Below are positions 1 through 15,000 of a stretch of DNA of 64,000 nucleotides, one piece after another. Under the pieces are notes generated by a model. It was not told the origin of the DNA. It saw only the letters and a list, made by a program, of their open reading frames with translations, and did no database searches. The translations under genes and the position numbers were made by a program. The stretch is from Botryllus schlosseri (taxonomy: Eukaryota). The number at the start of each line of letters is the position of its first letter. The stretch's first letter is position 1. The stretch is from positions 6,944,001 to 7,008,000 of the forward strand of contig CM119383.1 in NCBI GenBank assembly GCA_051294905.1, in the 5' to 3' direction.

Positions 1-3000
1 AATGGGACTCGGTGGAAAAGCTTCAAGTGTAATAAATTTGGCAATATGAACATATTGTTTGTCTCTTTGTCGCGATGTCGAAGCTCTGCTTTGTCCACTT
101 ATTTTTTAGTTATGTGCAAAAAATTTGAACACATTTGTCTACGAAGACTCTGTGCCTTGTGTGCTGACAATTGTGGTATTTGTGGTAGTGGTAGATGAAG
201 TGTTCATAGTTGTCTTTTTAGTGCAGGCTGAAAATGCTATCAGTCAAAAACCGACCACTACGTGAAATCATGAACAAGTGATTTCTATTGTCGAGAATGT
301 CTTTTGCAATCTCGCTTAGATCTAAAGTCTTCAAAACAACAAGTCTGTGACGTTACTCAATGCGAATTTGTGGTTAATTTCCTTTTGGCTACTTTGTTAC
401 TTTTTGTGATTCTGCTTCAAGTTATAAAATACGACGACATATTGTTTAGGAGTATGCGGAGAAGAAGTCCAACAACGACGTCACTACGGAATGCATCAAT
501 GCGCATTGTCTGCTATTGATGAGCTTATGCAGGATTGTGTGGCTGTTTTTTGAGCAAGAGCTGTACGATGATGCGATGGAGAATTTGGCCGCGTAAGTTG
601 GCTATTTTCTGAAGACTCGCGATCTTTATTCCATATGCGCACACAGTGATCAATAGATAGCGGTTCACATAATGCTTCATTGGGAAAAATGGGGAAACAT
701 TTTCTGAAAGCGAACGTCCTTCCTGATTGAATCCATTGATTCACAATACAGTTAACATTTTGTTTTGTTGTATGAAAATGTTTTGTTCCAAGTATAGCCC
801 TATTCTATTAATGAGCACTAATATACCATGCCATCTGCACTACTGTATCGTGTCACTGCCATGTCTGTTTGAATGGGATTTGAGGAACTTGGTAATTTGA
901 GGTCTGTGATGTACTATTTACAGGTTGGATTGTAAAGTACTGTCAGCTTTGGCGCTTGGAGGCTCGACCGAGACCGAGTCAAACAATTGGATAGCGATTT
1001 TAAACGAGTCCAAGGGACAGTTATATTGGCTTTGCGGATTGGCGCTGATTCACTTGGCGACCAAGGTATGACTTTGTGATTTTTGACCGCACTTGTGATT
1101 GAGCCGATGTCGGTTTCAGGATAAGATTACGTGGATAGAAGCTACAAGGTTATCGGCCGCTTGCTACTGTAGGAGCCTGTCATTTCCCATGCCTGATGTG
1201 TCGGACACGTGGGTAGCTAGGTGAGGTTTTGTTCATTGTTAGTTGTATGGTATCCAGTACTCGATGGTAGTACATATCCAATTGTTTTATTGGTTGTGCA
1301 AAATAATTTCGATGATAATAGCTTCAATTTATGCTATACATTCAAGTTAGTCATTTGTGAATGTGATCTTTATGTTAGACTTAGATGTAAAATTATATGT
1401 TATGGCTTGTCTGCAGTGTCGCATGCTTAATGTATCCTACATGGGTTTCCTGACATATGAGCATGCGACACAATGAAAAGCTAAAGTTTAGCATGCAACA
1501 CTTAAGCATGCGACCTTATAACCCCAAAACTTACCCCAACCCAATCATAACTCTAAAATTCACCCTTGTATATATTCTAACCTTGGCCCAAATCTTACCC
1601 AAACCCAACCCTATCCCGAAATTTAACCCACATGCTCCAAGTGTCACATGCTATAATGTTGCATGCTCATTGGTCATATGTCCATGCGTCTTTATGCCAA
1701 AGTGTTGCATGCTCGTGTGTTTTTCTTAATTGTTTCGCTTGCTGAAATGTGGGCAATCGTAGTTATGAATCGTCTTATACGTTTTTAAATTTCCTCTCCA
1801 GAACTTCTAGAGAAGTTAGCGCGGACAGACTTCAAGTGATGAGCGGGTTCCGTCTAAGCCAGTGCTCGCACATGCTCTACAATCTAGCCGTGTCGTCACA
1901 CTCGCGACACAAAGAGGAAGACAGCGTCAATGAATCCGAGTGGCTGAAGGATATCGGAGAGAATTTCTGTACTAAGGAAGTATGTTGTGCACATGTGATG
2001 ATCTGATTTGTCGTTATGTGGAAAGATTAGCATGTTCTTCGTGGGTGTATAATTCTTGAATGACTTGGGGTGCATCTCATCGCAGGGTCAGCGGAGTATA
2101 TTCGAGTCCCTATTTGGAGATAATTACAGAGGAGAAGATTCGATGGTGTTCAATGACGAAGAATTTTGCAATACCACTGCCGTGTTAACCCCGGAAGACG
2201 ACCTCCGCAAATACGATTCAAGTCGGTTGCATTTCGTTACGTTGTAATAGAGAAGTTTACGAATGTCTCCTATTTTCTTTATTAGGTGCAGCCTTGACCC
2301 TCGATTTACAAACTTGGGTATGGACGCAAATCCAGTGGAGATGTAATCTTGGAAGCGTGTCCGACCTGCATTCCGTCATCAATGTCGTGTTTCACGGACT
2401 TGAATTTGCTATTTCGCCGGCCGTCAAATAGTACGGGATTTTCTCGATACAATCTGTTGTTTAGTGATATCTCTTTGTGTGTTCTGTTTCATGCGTTTTA
2501 GACGCTCGTTTTCATGATGATTCACTGATTAAATTGTTAGGTTACCTTGAAAGAAGCTGTGCACCAAATTTGGCTCCATTTCCACCAGTAAAAGCCGGCG
2601 CAGAGCCACTTGAAATTTTTCAATTTATTATAAAAAATAAAAATCTCCTTTTTCTTCAAATTTTACTGTCAACCCCATAAAATTGTTGAGCTGTCTAAAA
2701 GAACGATGCGTAACAATTTTAGCTCAATTCCAACCATTAGAAACGGATTTATTGAATTTTAAAGTTTTACATTTGCCAAAATACCATTGACGGTGGTAAA
2801 ACCCAGAATTATTAATGAAAAACTCAAATAACTTGGCTTCTACGGGTTGGAATTGCATCTAATTTGTTTTGTATTGTTTTCGTAGACAACTCAACAATTT
2901 CCTGAATTTTACAGTAAAAATTGAAATTTTTGTTTGTTTGTATACGTTTAAAATTTTAATTAGCTCTGCCTCGGTCTTGTACTGGTTGGAATTCAGCCAA

Positions 3001-6000
3001 ATATGGGGTGCAGTATTTTTTGGGCAACCTAGCAATTTTTGAGCAACGCTACCGCACACACCTATTTCATTGTTCTTTGCGGTGGTTTGGTCACGACTTC
3101 ACAAAAAAATGTCATGTTAACTATCGGGTGTCGCTTCATACTAGAATAAAATGTTTCGTATGGTGCGAAACGACCAACTGAGGTTTACAGCCTTCCAAAG
3201 TGTAATATAGTATCGAAATCATAATTATCGTGGATACATTTACTCTAAATGACCCTGCTGATGATTGGCCACTACTGTTAGCTCGCTTTTGACCCCGTGG
3301 CCCAATTTTTTCAGCGGGAACATCTGGTCGTTATGTCAGCTCGATGTTGAAGCGTTTCTTATGGGCTGCATTCTGTACGCCGAGAAAGGCATAGCGATAT
3401 GGAAAAACACGTCGCCTGGCTCTGAAAATTTCCGCTTGGAGACGGGGTCGCTACCGATGCCCATCGGCAAGAATTTCCTGACCCAGAAGCAGGTAATTTG
3501 TTGTTTCAGATCGGCACTAGTTGGTATCTGATTACTACGGCGATTTTTTTACCTAAAAAACATAAGATTTTGATCTGAAAGATTGAAATTTCGACGTTTT
3601 TTGACCTTGAAAAACTTAATTTTGACCAAATTTTGTCCTAACGTATGTAAATTGGGTGTTTTTGCACATAATGTTAGAAATGTAGGCCTACTACTTATCT
3701 TCATTTCTGGTTGGAACTGTCTGTCCTTACGAAGTAGTTTGGCCTGAAAACTGACAAATTTTACAATGAAAAACTATATTTTAACGAAATCTGGACCTAT
3801 GAAGAATTCTAGTAGTTACATCACGCATTATGGTAGAAATTATTGAAATTTGCTGTAGTACAACGAAAGGTACTTTCCTACATTCTTGGGTAGAAAGTGT
3901 CTGTCCTTACTAAGCAGCTTGCTAAGAATGGAACAAGAACGTTCAACAGCAGAAGTTGTTGGCTGGCATTTTGGCAATGTTGTCTACATCACAATTTTTC
4001 ATCGTGTGCGTCTTGATATGAGAACAAATGCCCTCGTAGTTTTGCTTCAGTTAGGATATTGCGGTACGTTGAGCATAACACCCACTACCATTGTCCACCT
4101 ATTTGTTTCGTTTGACCGTTTGTGATTCACAATGAGCGGACAATGGACTGTCTACAACGGCAGGCCTATGAAGTAGGCTACAAGATGTAAAATGTCCGAT
4201 GATAAATTCACCGACAGTGCAAACATCTACGATACAAACGAAATGCATTTAGCCTTTGTAAACAATTTTATCAATTTTTTTACCTAATGCTACAATTTTA
4301 ACAAAATTTTGACTTATTTCGACATTTCAAAAAAAAACGATCTACTGGTAACTGTCTGTGCATCTTGCAAATCAGTGTTTTTGACATTGCTGTTGTGTTT
4401 GTCAGGTTGACTGGTGGAACGCCGCGTGTAAATTGCATTGCCGCTACTGTAAAGAAAAGTATGTTTGCCATATTCGTTGTATTGCTCGGTAACATATTTC
4501 AACTCGCGTGTGTGTTTACAGAGTGTATAACGCCAATCAAGTGAAATCTACGCTGCGTCATGGAATCGAAGCCATCAGAGTGTCGAGTAATCACGGATTA
4601 CAACTGGCGCTCGTCGCAGGGCTGGCCAGTCACTTCTCTGCTAAGGTTCGACTGTTATGTGGCTCTCTTGTGTATTATCTATTCGTGGGTTGTTGTATTT
4701 TGATCAATTTGGATTTGTGACTGAAATAACTGCTGCATATCTGTCGAAACTCGAGTCGCAAGGTTCTGAGTCACAATTCAATTTGACTTCTGTAGTTTTG
4801 ACTCGAGTCAAGTTGAGTCATTTTCGTTTACCCTCTGAGTCAAGTCCGAGGACGCTTGATACTAGGCCGGTGAACTGCACTACTGCAGTTCCTAACCTGA
4901 ACTAATTAAATCGAATGCGTGCATTGGCTTACCGGTTGAGAAATTCTTTCCAGGCCCATTCGATCGGCGAAATTCAGCTGGGCACCTCGTCGCAGCTGTG
5001 GATGGCGTACCAGCGCCGCGCCGTCCATTATTGGACCTACGCGCAGCCGCTGCTGCTGGACGCGATACACAAACGCACGCGACACAAGGTCGACGCGCTG
5101 GACAAGCTCTTTCCCGCCACCCTGACTGAGCCTACCCCGGAAGAGGCGTCCAGGTAGGATCTTCGAGGAAGATTGTGTGTTGTGAGATGTCCCAGTATAT
5201 CCCGCTAAGCGGCGCCAATTTCGAAGGGTATACAGAACACTCATAGTCTAATAGCTTTGAATAAAAATATGCACGTGTAAAGTTATTCGTGAATATTTTT
5301 AATAAAATATACTCCATAACCGAAGTTGTTATGCTGCCTCTAAGCATAAATGTAATTGATTTGTTTATTTCGATATTGAGTTTTTTCAATAAGTCCCGAC
5401 ATTATCTTTACCTATTTTTGATGAGATGATGGACATTTGAAACCACTGAGGAAAATTAAGAGCAGTTGGGGGTTAGACTGCGGTTTAGGCCAATTGTCTG
5501 TTCGGCACTTATACCGGATTCCTTTATTTATTGCTCTGTAAACGGGTTTTGGCACTGTAACCCTGGTTGTAATGTAAATTTGCGATCTGTACCAGATCAC
5601 AGTTAATTTAGTTACTGTACAAGTCCAGGCGTATTTGGGTAGCCCCGTACTTAGCATGATTGTTACTGTGTAAGTGTATGCTGCTAAAAACAGCATACCG
5701 TCACATTTACATACTCTATTTCGTTCCAGCTTGCTCTCCCAGGTGTACATGAGCAACGGGAGTCTCCTCGTGCAAGAGGGCGATTTGAAAAAGGCTCTGG
5801 AAATTTACGCGAAAGCCGACACTCCGCACGCGTCTTTTTCCGAAGTACAGCTCGTCTTGCGTGAACCCTGCCCGCGTCTCGGTATCACGCGGTTTGCTTT
5901 TTTGTTTGCAGGCGCTTATCTATAAGAAGCTGTTGGATGATCTTGAAAAAGAGGAGCATGTGGTTATCGGAGGCAGCGTCAGTAAACGGAAGGACGTTTT

Positions 6001-9000
6001 AATGAGAAAGGTTGGTGTTGACAGTTGGTCTGTCGCCTACTGCATGGTTTGGCAACCGGTCTGCGGACCACATTTTGTGGCAAGGTTCATCGCCGAAGTT
6101 CTTTCTGCGAGTGCATACACGAATTCTCGTAATTATGAATATAGTTATGCTCAATGCTGTAAATTAAGCGTGTTTTTAATTTTTTGGACGGGGCACCAAT
6201 ATTAGGAGGAAAGCTATTGACAATAAATCGCGCGAAGCACTAAGAAAAATCTGCGCGAAATATTGTGCTTCATGGTAATATACGAAGATCAATAAAAATA
6301 TCACTGGCCCCTGGCTATGACAATGTGTCAGAACTGATATCTTATTTATCAACATCCCAAATCTCTTGGTCAAATTTTCGGTTGGCCTTGTAGGCGATTA
6401 ATTTTTTGATTTTTTGAATTACCTCGCGGGCCACGGCTTGACCGCCCCTGGCCTAGGGTAAGGATTAATTATACGGGTTAAGGGGGTTTGGGGGACTATA
6501 GCGTCACATGCTCAAGTGTTGCATGGTCGACTGCCATATTCAATTATATTCCATGCTCGTATATTGAGCAACCATCAAAAATGGTGACGCAGTCAGAGGC
6601 ACACTCTTTCTTTTGACACTTAGTTGTGACCGTGAACTCTTTCATTCACCCGTCCCGTTTCGCAGTACACTACCAGGCTGGAAGTGACGCTGCGCAGATT
6701 GGAGCAAATGCCAGACGACGAATTGCTGCATCGCGCAGAAGCCTTGCTCCGTAAGCATGTCGCAAAATATCCGACTCTCGACGCCGGCAGGCTGATGACG
6801 GACCCGAAACGCTTGTTCGAAGAGACGATCCCGAAAAATCATCAAAGTAAGTTGTTGGGTTGTTGTGGTTGGAGTTAGGAATGCGATGTTTTGCTTTGTG
6901 ATCGAGCATTTACAGAGCATCTACAGAAGTACAAGTAGTTAGCAAGAAAAGTAAGTATTTTAGGCTGAAAACTGTAATAGGGTTCTAAAACCTCATAAAG
7001 TATGTTCGCAAAGCGTACTTGAGTACTTGAAAAATGTAGACTATCCAACTTTTTTGAGTTTGAAAGTCAAAATTTCGTTATTTGATTTGGATTCTGTTTT
7101 TGATATCTCAACAGACAACACGATACTATCGGAAGTCGATGATTCCCTGTTACCAGGACCGAGTAGACGGTCAACTCCAAAGGTAAGGCGTATCCCAAAA
7201 TTCATCCTGTATCATTGGCACTGGGCTTGTATGGAAATTGTTTCTGCAAAAGATTTTTGTGCGAGAAATAGTATTCTATTTCTGGTATCTGCGACGATTG
7301 AAGACAATAACGCCGTACGTCTTGTTCACTTATTAGTTGGTATACTCGACTGCATTCCATTTCAGAGTGAAGGTAGCTCGGAGAGTGCTCCAGTGGAGAA
7401 CAACGCGTTGGACAAGTTTGCGCAGAGCATATCTGCTATCACGGTCGGTAGTAAAGTGGTGCGATTTGTTTTGGCCGTATTTACCGACATTCTGTTTCTG
7501 CAGTCTCATTTTTCCGCCGTGCAAATCGACGTCATCAAGAGATTAAATAAAGTGGAAGAAATTAGCAGCAGTCCCAAGCAGGTAGGTGTTGTGTTGTTTC
7601 AGGTTTCCTTGGTATTTTGATTGTGTGGCACATGCATTTTTGGTGTCACTGCCGAACCCGGCGTGCGACAGCGTGTATCGCTGAACTGCCATCATTGTGT
7701 ATCAGACATTCCTCTCAAAACCTTGTATTAGTTTCGTTTATTGTGATTATGATGCCGTTGTTGGAAGTGAGCTCTTAACGCCTACTTATTTCAGGATAGA
7801 TAGATGTCAATATCTGGTGCCTGGCAATAGAGTTTGTATTCAGCTATGTGTCAAAATTTGACACGCCATCAGATCGATTAAGATCGATTTCAAGAAAAAG
7901 TTTACTTTCTTATTTGACAGGATGGAAGTGATGGAGGTTTAAGAGACTTGATGGAGGCCATTGAGAAGCTGACGGTACGTGTGCCAGAAGATCTTGCTGT
8001 ATCTACATATTTGGTTTTGGGTCGCGCCGGGTAGATTTATGCCTTGAAAAGCGAATTTCAATGATTGCGGTCTAGTGATCTCCTCGGCTGAGACTTTAAA
8101 AAACTGAAACACTTAGTAGTCTCAATTCGTAACTAAGCACTTGAGTACTCTGACAATGTAGAAGTTCTTTGTTACTGAATTCCGTCTTTGTGAGCAAATA
8201 CGTGCTATTACTCGAGGCAGTGTGACACGAAAATGTGCATCGAATAGTATCTTCATATTGAAATGAGCCCGAATATTTCGGCTGACACTCGTCAGGGGTA
8301 ATCGTCAGCAACTAGCAGATAATTGAAAAGAACATTGTATATCAACAATCGTATCGCAAAATATGACGTTGCCGACATGAAATTTCGAATAATCGGAGCG
8401 AAGAGAGCTTAAGCTCAGTGTACTATTTTTAGAGGGTTCACGGGCTTCAATTGTATATTTGAATTGTGTACCTCCAGGAAGCTTGTTAAAAATGTGTATG
8501 TGTGAAATTTTAGGTGAAAATCGACTCGGTCCAAGAGCAAGTGAGCAAGAGCCAGCAGGGCACGCCGGTCGCAAACACTCGCACGGGCGCGTCATCGATG
8601 GCAGAGGCGATGGCTCAGCCCTACCATCCATTGCAGGTGATTGATGCATTGAAATTTCCAGGTTACGCTTGACAGAATCCCACCCTTGCGAGCCTTGTTT
8701 TCGAATTTAGCTTTTCGTTTCTTGTTGATATTTGATTTGGCCTCGGGGGCTGCGGGGTCGGAGTTTCGTTACGTTTGCTCATGAAGGAGTTGGAATCGCA
8801 GAAATTTAGTTACAGCCTTTGGAGCCGGAAACATATACTTGAGAGTTTAAATCTGTTAAAATGCTTGAAACTTGAATATCAAACCAAATGGTCTCAATTA
8901 TTGATAAAAAGTGCCGTTGCAGTTAGAGAAGCGATCAAGTTTTTCACGTAGGCAACAATTTTTGTTTGATTCAAAATTAGTTTGATCTACTTGGCAATAA

Positions 9001-12000
9001 TATTAATTTTATTGTCAGTCGGAAAGCTTTTAGTGATTAAATTGACAATTTGTATTTATTGTTTTTTGTGTAATTCTGACATTCTGTACCCAAATGACGG
9101 TTTTAAAATGTGAACAACAAATGTGAACTTGCGTAGATATACGAATGTCAACAGTATGTGAAGAAAATATTCGGGAGTCGTGTTTGAATTTGTAAAGTAA
9201 ATATATCTTCTAATTATTTTTTCTAGGGATACGACCCTTACCACCAATCTCCGTACGCCAACGTGCAGAGCCCGATGCAGGGCAGCCCGTTCTACGGCAT
9301 GCAAGGATTTCAAGGATACGCTCCCCCTCAAAGTCCCCACAGACCGCCCAGCTACGGGGTTCCGCCCGGGGCTCTGCCACCAGGTTACGGTCAGACCAGG
9401 ATGCCGGGAACGGTACAAAGTCCCGTTGGCACCCCGGTCCATTTGAGGTCGCAATTGTCCCACCCCGGTCAACCAATGCCGATGGGCATCCCTAGCCCTG
9501 CCGGGACACCTGTCCCAATGAGACATCAACCACCGCAGTCGCTGCCCATGTCGAAAGAAGGTAAGATATTTGATTAATTTGGCTTTTTTCAGTAATCAAT
9601 ACAAGTTTCCAATACAGCAGTAAATGCGCTTTCGCTACGATTCCAATCGGGGATGTTTGCTGGGCCTATGCGACCCATGTCCCCAGTGTCAATGCCTGAC
9701 CCACCGCCCGGCGCAAGACCATCTGGACCTCTTGAATCAGGTGTGCTATTATGAGAGTTCTTTTATTACGTAAACCAGTGGTTCCCAACCTTTTTGTAAG
9801 TCGGAGCCGCATGAAAACACTCGAGTAGGCTGCTTATATCAGTTATTTTAGCATTGATAGACGCAGATTGGCAAGTGCTATTTTAAAATAAACTGAAAAT
9901 GCAAATCATTGCTAGTTGCTACAACATATTAATATGTCGTTATGTGATAGCTCTTCACTTCATGCGTTCCAGCACTTAACCCTTTGTAACCGGCCGGCCT
10001 ACTGACCAAAATTTTACTGCATCCACAAAAAAAAACGATAAAATGTCATCCATATGGCTTAAATCGACGCCCAATATATTGCCGTAAACCTGAAGTAGCC
10101 GCCTAGCGGTCTGAGATACTCTCACGGCTCAGACGCCAGAGGGAATAACGTTATGCGAGAAAATGTTTTTGATTTCTTGAAAGTAAAATATAATTTTGTT
10201 CTTCTATATCTCCTGACGTCATACCTAGGCCCTCTTTGGTATATGACCACCTGATTGCCTTCCGCATGAATCTCTACGTTCCAATGAGACATTACACGCT
10301 ACTATAGCGCTTCATAGCCCAGCGCTACGATCTTGGAAAGGTAGGGATGATAAGCACAATCACGCAGCCGCCGCCGATGAGCAATCGATTACGTAATCTC
10401 GTATTCTCGCTAAAGGCAACGCGCGTCCAGCTCTACATAACATAGTAACTGCCTTGGCAATTTTCCCTTAGATCATATATATCTCCATGCTATTGAAGTG
10501 TTATCAACCCCAGTTGCTTGTTATATGTAACTTGCATTTGCATAATGGATCCGTACGTATACACATATTGCCTTATTCAGCACTGCCCAGCGCCCACATA
10601 CGCCCGAGAAGTCATTTCACGTGATACATTATTGCTTTATTTCACATCAATTTGAACTGTATTCTACACGGCTAATGTTCCTTGTATGATCAACAGTAGT
10701 CATAGAAGCCAACAGTAACTTTGTGTGTCATCTAAAACTGATATATAACTGCCTCTATATGATGTTGTTGTTACAGGCTCGGGTACCGAAATAGCCTAAC
10801 TCGCACGCTTATTTGTGTAGTGTTAGGGCTGGTGTTGGCTTTCTTATACAAGACTAAGCTTCATGATAGGGATAGTGATGAATATGTCAGGATAATGGCT
10901 AACCATACGTACAGTTTGCTATTCCATGAACCAATTGTACATCTGTTTGAAACTGCAACGAGTCGGGTGATCTTACGCAGCCATGATTTTCACGTAACAA
11001 GCTATGCTTCTTTCACGTCAATTAGAAACATCTTCTACGTGCTAATCTTCGATATAAGGACTTTCATAGAATAGTATGACCAACAACAAGTCATAGAAGA
11101 TAATTGTAATTGGTTATATGACGTCTTGAACGGAAGATACAATGGTTTATATTTCAGGCGGTCATTCACGCGAACATCATTATAAATTCAATTTTGCGGG
11201 AAACGTTTTTGCGTGTTCAATCTGCATTTCAAGCAGGATATACATTGCAATAATAGGTTATACCTGGTCTGATGTATGCGTATTTATAAGAGCTATCCAT
11301 ACAAACCGATTGCAATAGTTTATGACCAATACAGGTCTAGCTATCTTCGATTAAATACCGACTCGTCTGTGTTAAGCAGTCGCGGTCTAGTATACTGGAC
11401 CGCCGGTCGCAAAGGGTTAACGCACAAGTTTGCGGGGGATAAATACGAAGAGTAACATTGGACGGCAATTTATACTTGACTATGAGCTGGTATTTTGATG
11501 TTAGTGAAATTGTGTTGAAATTTACTCTTCACTGAGACGATATATGAAAGTCTCTGACCAGTAGAACTCAAGATATATCCTTGTCTGACGGGTGTTAATC
11601 CATGCGTTTGACGGTGGTCTGCAAGAATTCTCTTTCTCGGTTTTTAGAAGTGGCTTCAGACAATTGATATCTCATATTTTAGCATTCATATATAGAAATT
11701 GACTATAACTATTCATAGAAACAAACAGCAACTGTCGTCTATCATAATTTTTGTGGCATATTTAGAGGTCCCCAATGATTTTTAATATAATGCGTTGTTG
11801 TTTGAAATCGTTACGCAATGTATGTAGGTTGATGAAAAGCTATTTAAGTTCACTGCTTGCAATTGCAGTATTATCAAATTTCCAAGAAGTCTGATATTTT
11901 GTCTCTCTTGTACAAGTCGTTAAACATTTTTGTTTTTCTACATCGGTAGTATCAAATATGAAAAAAAGTCTGTTATCTGATGTCTCTGATAAGTCACTGA

Positions 12001-15000
12001 ACATTCTTGTTTTTCCAGACTTGCATCGCAATTTGCAGGGAAGAATCGGACTTGCTCAGGGCGACTCCGCCTTTAGTAGCACGCAGGGCGCGTTTTCCCA
12101 GAATCTTGACGTCAGGGCACCTGTGCCGATACGTCCTGGCATGTCGCAGCAACCACAAACCACAATGGTAAAGAACGAATTCATATTTTCAGAGGATTGT
12201 GAACAATTTTTAGATTACCTGTGTGATTGTCAATGTAAATGGTAGATATTATATCCAGGTGCATTCAACTTGAACAATATAATGTTGAATTATATAATTT
12301 CCAATCCAATCATGTAGGATAATATATGACGAAATTGATTAACTTAACAAATGCCATGAAATGACTGATGTTAGTTTTGCTGTTACATATGACTGAAATT
12401 GTGTGTGCTATTTCTTCGATCGTGTCGTTATTTTTCACAACGATTTTTGATGAGGAAATAGTATCACTTTTATCACTTAATTTCTCAACTCGTGTGTAAA
12501 TTTTCAGCCTGGACCAAACTATCAAGGCTTGGGAGAGAGCTACGTTCCTAGAACTGTCGATTCGACGGCTCAGAATTCAGTTCTGAAGTCGCTGCTGGTG
12601 AGACTATGTCGTTTCGTAAATCTGTAATTTGCGATTTACAAATTGCGAGATATTATTCAGGCCAACAGTCCCGCGAAACCAGCGGCAAAGGAACCGCAGC
12701 TGCATTACCCGGGTCATATTCAATTTCCGACCGGTCAGAACACCGGCACAGGTACCGTTTAGTTTTGTTCTGAATTTTTGAAATGTAATGTTCCAGCCAA
12801 ATAGATTTAGTTTTTGTGCGGGCCGGGTCACTGAATCGTATATATCCGTGAAAGCATGTGAAATACAGATGTTTCCCCATACGATGATGTTAACTGTTTA
12901 AGGATTATCCCCACTATCCCAAAAATGGTAACGGGCTTTGACACCAATCAAATTTGCCGTTGATAAGATATTGCCATGAAGAGATTTGAAAATCTATTTG
13001 AAATTGAATGTTCTTGCTTGCTGTGCTCTGAGTAAGAATGTCAAACGTTCTTCCAGGGTGGAATTTCAAGTTCGAGACTCCCGAGCAGATGGACAAGGAC
13101 AACAGAAAATTGGAGGCGGACGAGGAGGCAGACGCGGCCGATACTTCTCATAACGACACCGGACCCCATTTTGAGCCGATCGTGTCCCTGCCAGAGGTGG
13201 AGGTGTGTGATTCACGGTTTTGATGTTTGGAGGACTTGACCTCGTGTAGCAATGACCAGTGGCTATATGCGATGTTGAAATATCCTTTACATGCGGTTGC
13301 TTATTCTCGTACCCACTCCTGTGTGTCAGCATTGTGACCACTCGACATAGGAAGTGTATTGCAATTCATATCTCATGCACTATGTCACTCATGTTTTGAT
13401 TAAAGCGATTAACTTAAATCTTGATCTCGACCACTATAATTCCGAGCCTTCCCGTGACTGGCAAAAGTATATAATCTTATCGCGGACCACTGGTTGCCGA
13501 CCACGGCTATAGAGTATGCAGCCTTGCCCCGCTTCACTCTGAGGTAATAATATATAAGAAGGTTCTGATTAGCTCGCTCGTGGAAAACTTGGAATAGCTA
13601 GCCCCGGTATCTGCTGGTGTTTTTTCGCATCTGAGCTTGGTACTTCAATTCAAAAATACGTTGAGCCCCCCACAGAAAGGTGTACCCAACATTATTCTTG
13701 GTTTTGTCGCGCAGGTTGTGACTGGAGAAGAGGATGAAGACGATGTTTTCGCCGAGAGAGCCAAGCTGTTTCGGTACGTCGACAAGGAATGGAAAGAACG
13801 CGGCCTCGGCACCATGAAAATACTGAAGCACAAGACGACGGGACGCAGTAGACTTTTGATGCGTCGGGAACAGGTGCATTATCAACTCGGTTATAGCAAA
13901 ACTATTCGGGTTACTTGGTTTGGTTTACTTTACAATATTGAGGTTTCACTTAGATATGCGCTGTTTTCATCACGTTGCCAGTGCTATGAAGTTTATTGCA
14001 GCAGTTGCTCAAGTCCAAATGTCTGCATTAGCCGATCCTTAATACAACCAAATACTCTAATGTCAATGCATGAAAACACAAATTAGGATTTTCTACACAC
14101 ATCCCGATCGGACTTCTAATTTTAGTTTTGGCCGTGGATTGCTGTTTCTATGTAGATTCTGAATATTGTTTCCTTGGGCAGATTCACAAGATCTGCTGCA
14201 ACCACCTCATCCACAAAGACTTGAAGTTGGCGCCGATGAAGGGCTCGGACAAGGCTTGGGTGTGGTCGGCGATCGATTTCTCGGAGGAGGAAACGCAGGA
14301 GACGTTTGCCGTTCGGTTCAAGACGCCGGAAATCGCGAGAGAGTTTCACGACAAGTTTGTTCGCGCACAAAACGAAAATGCCGTGCTCGGTAAGGAATGA
14401 GGTCGAAATTGGCGGTTGTCTAGGGTTCGTTAGATGATATTGTGTCATTTTTGACATTTCGCGAATGAAAGTTGCGGATTAATATCATCTATCTGTTTAT
14501 TACCAGCTAATCACACCTATTAATGTGGATTTTTTAAGAGAAATTTATAGCTTACCAGCATAAGTGTTCATTAGTAGATATGTACAGCATAACTTCTGCT
14601 TCTAATTGAGGACTATTTCTGCATCCGATGCAGCATTTCGTATACCAAAGGAGAGTTTGCAAACTAATTAGACGCAGCAATTATGCAAACCAGCGGCTGT
14701 GCTTTTATTTCTGTGGATATGGAGTTTCAAAAATGCAGATAACGATTGCATAAAACGCCTAACCTGGATCTGATATTTGTGATTAAGCCGCTGTAAATCG
14801 ATCATATTCTTTAGGGTCTCCTGCAAGAAACGTTGTGGTGACGTCGCAGCCTCCACGTGGTCCAGCGCCCGCTTCGCAGAAGCCTGTCGAAACGCCACAA
14901 AATCAGTCTACGCCGGCGGCAGGTAGAGAAGATTGCTACGAGGAATTTACGGTTTATGACACTCTGGTTTTACTTGTTATAGCAAAGCCTCCGTTATTTG

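Noticed and set aside
7027-7620. 197-aa plus-strand ORF as a standalone gene
   Set aside because: It is three in-frame RanBP2 exons with read-through introns.
9056-9529. 157-aa minus-strand ORF (likewise 4906-5244, 20050-20493, 23835-24311, 30773-31115, 31641-31995, 62302-62718)
   Set aside because: Antisense shadows of GC-richer RanBP2/RNF19 exons; no independent homology or splice structure.
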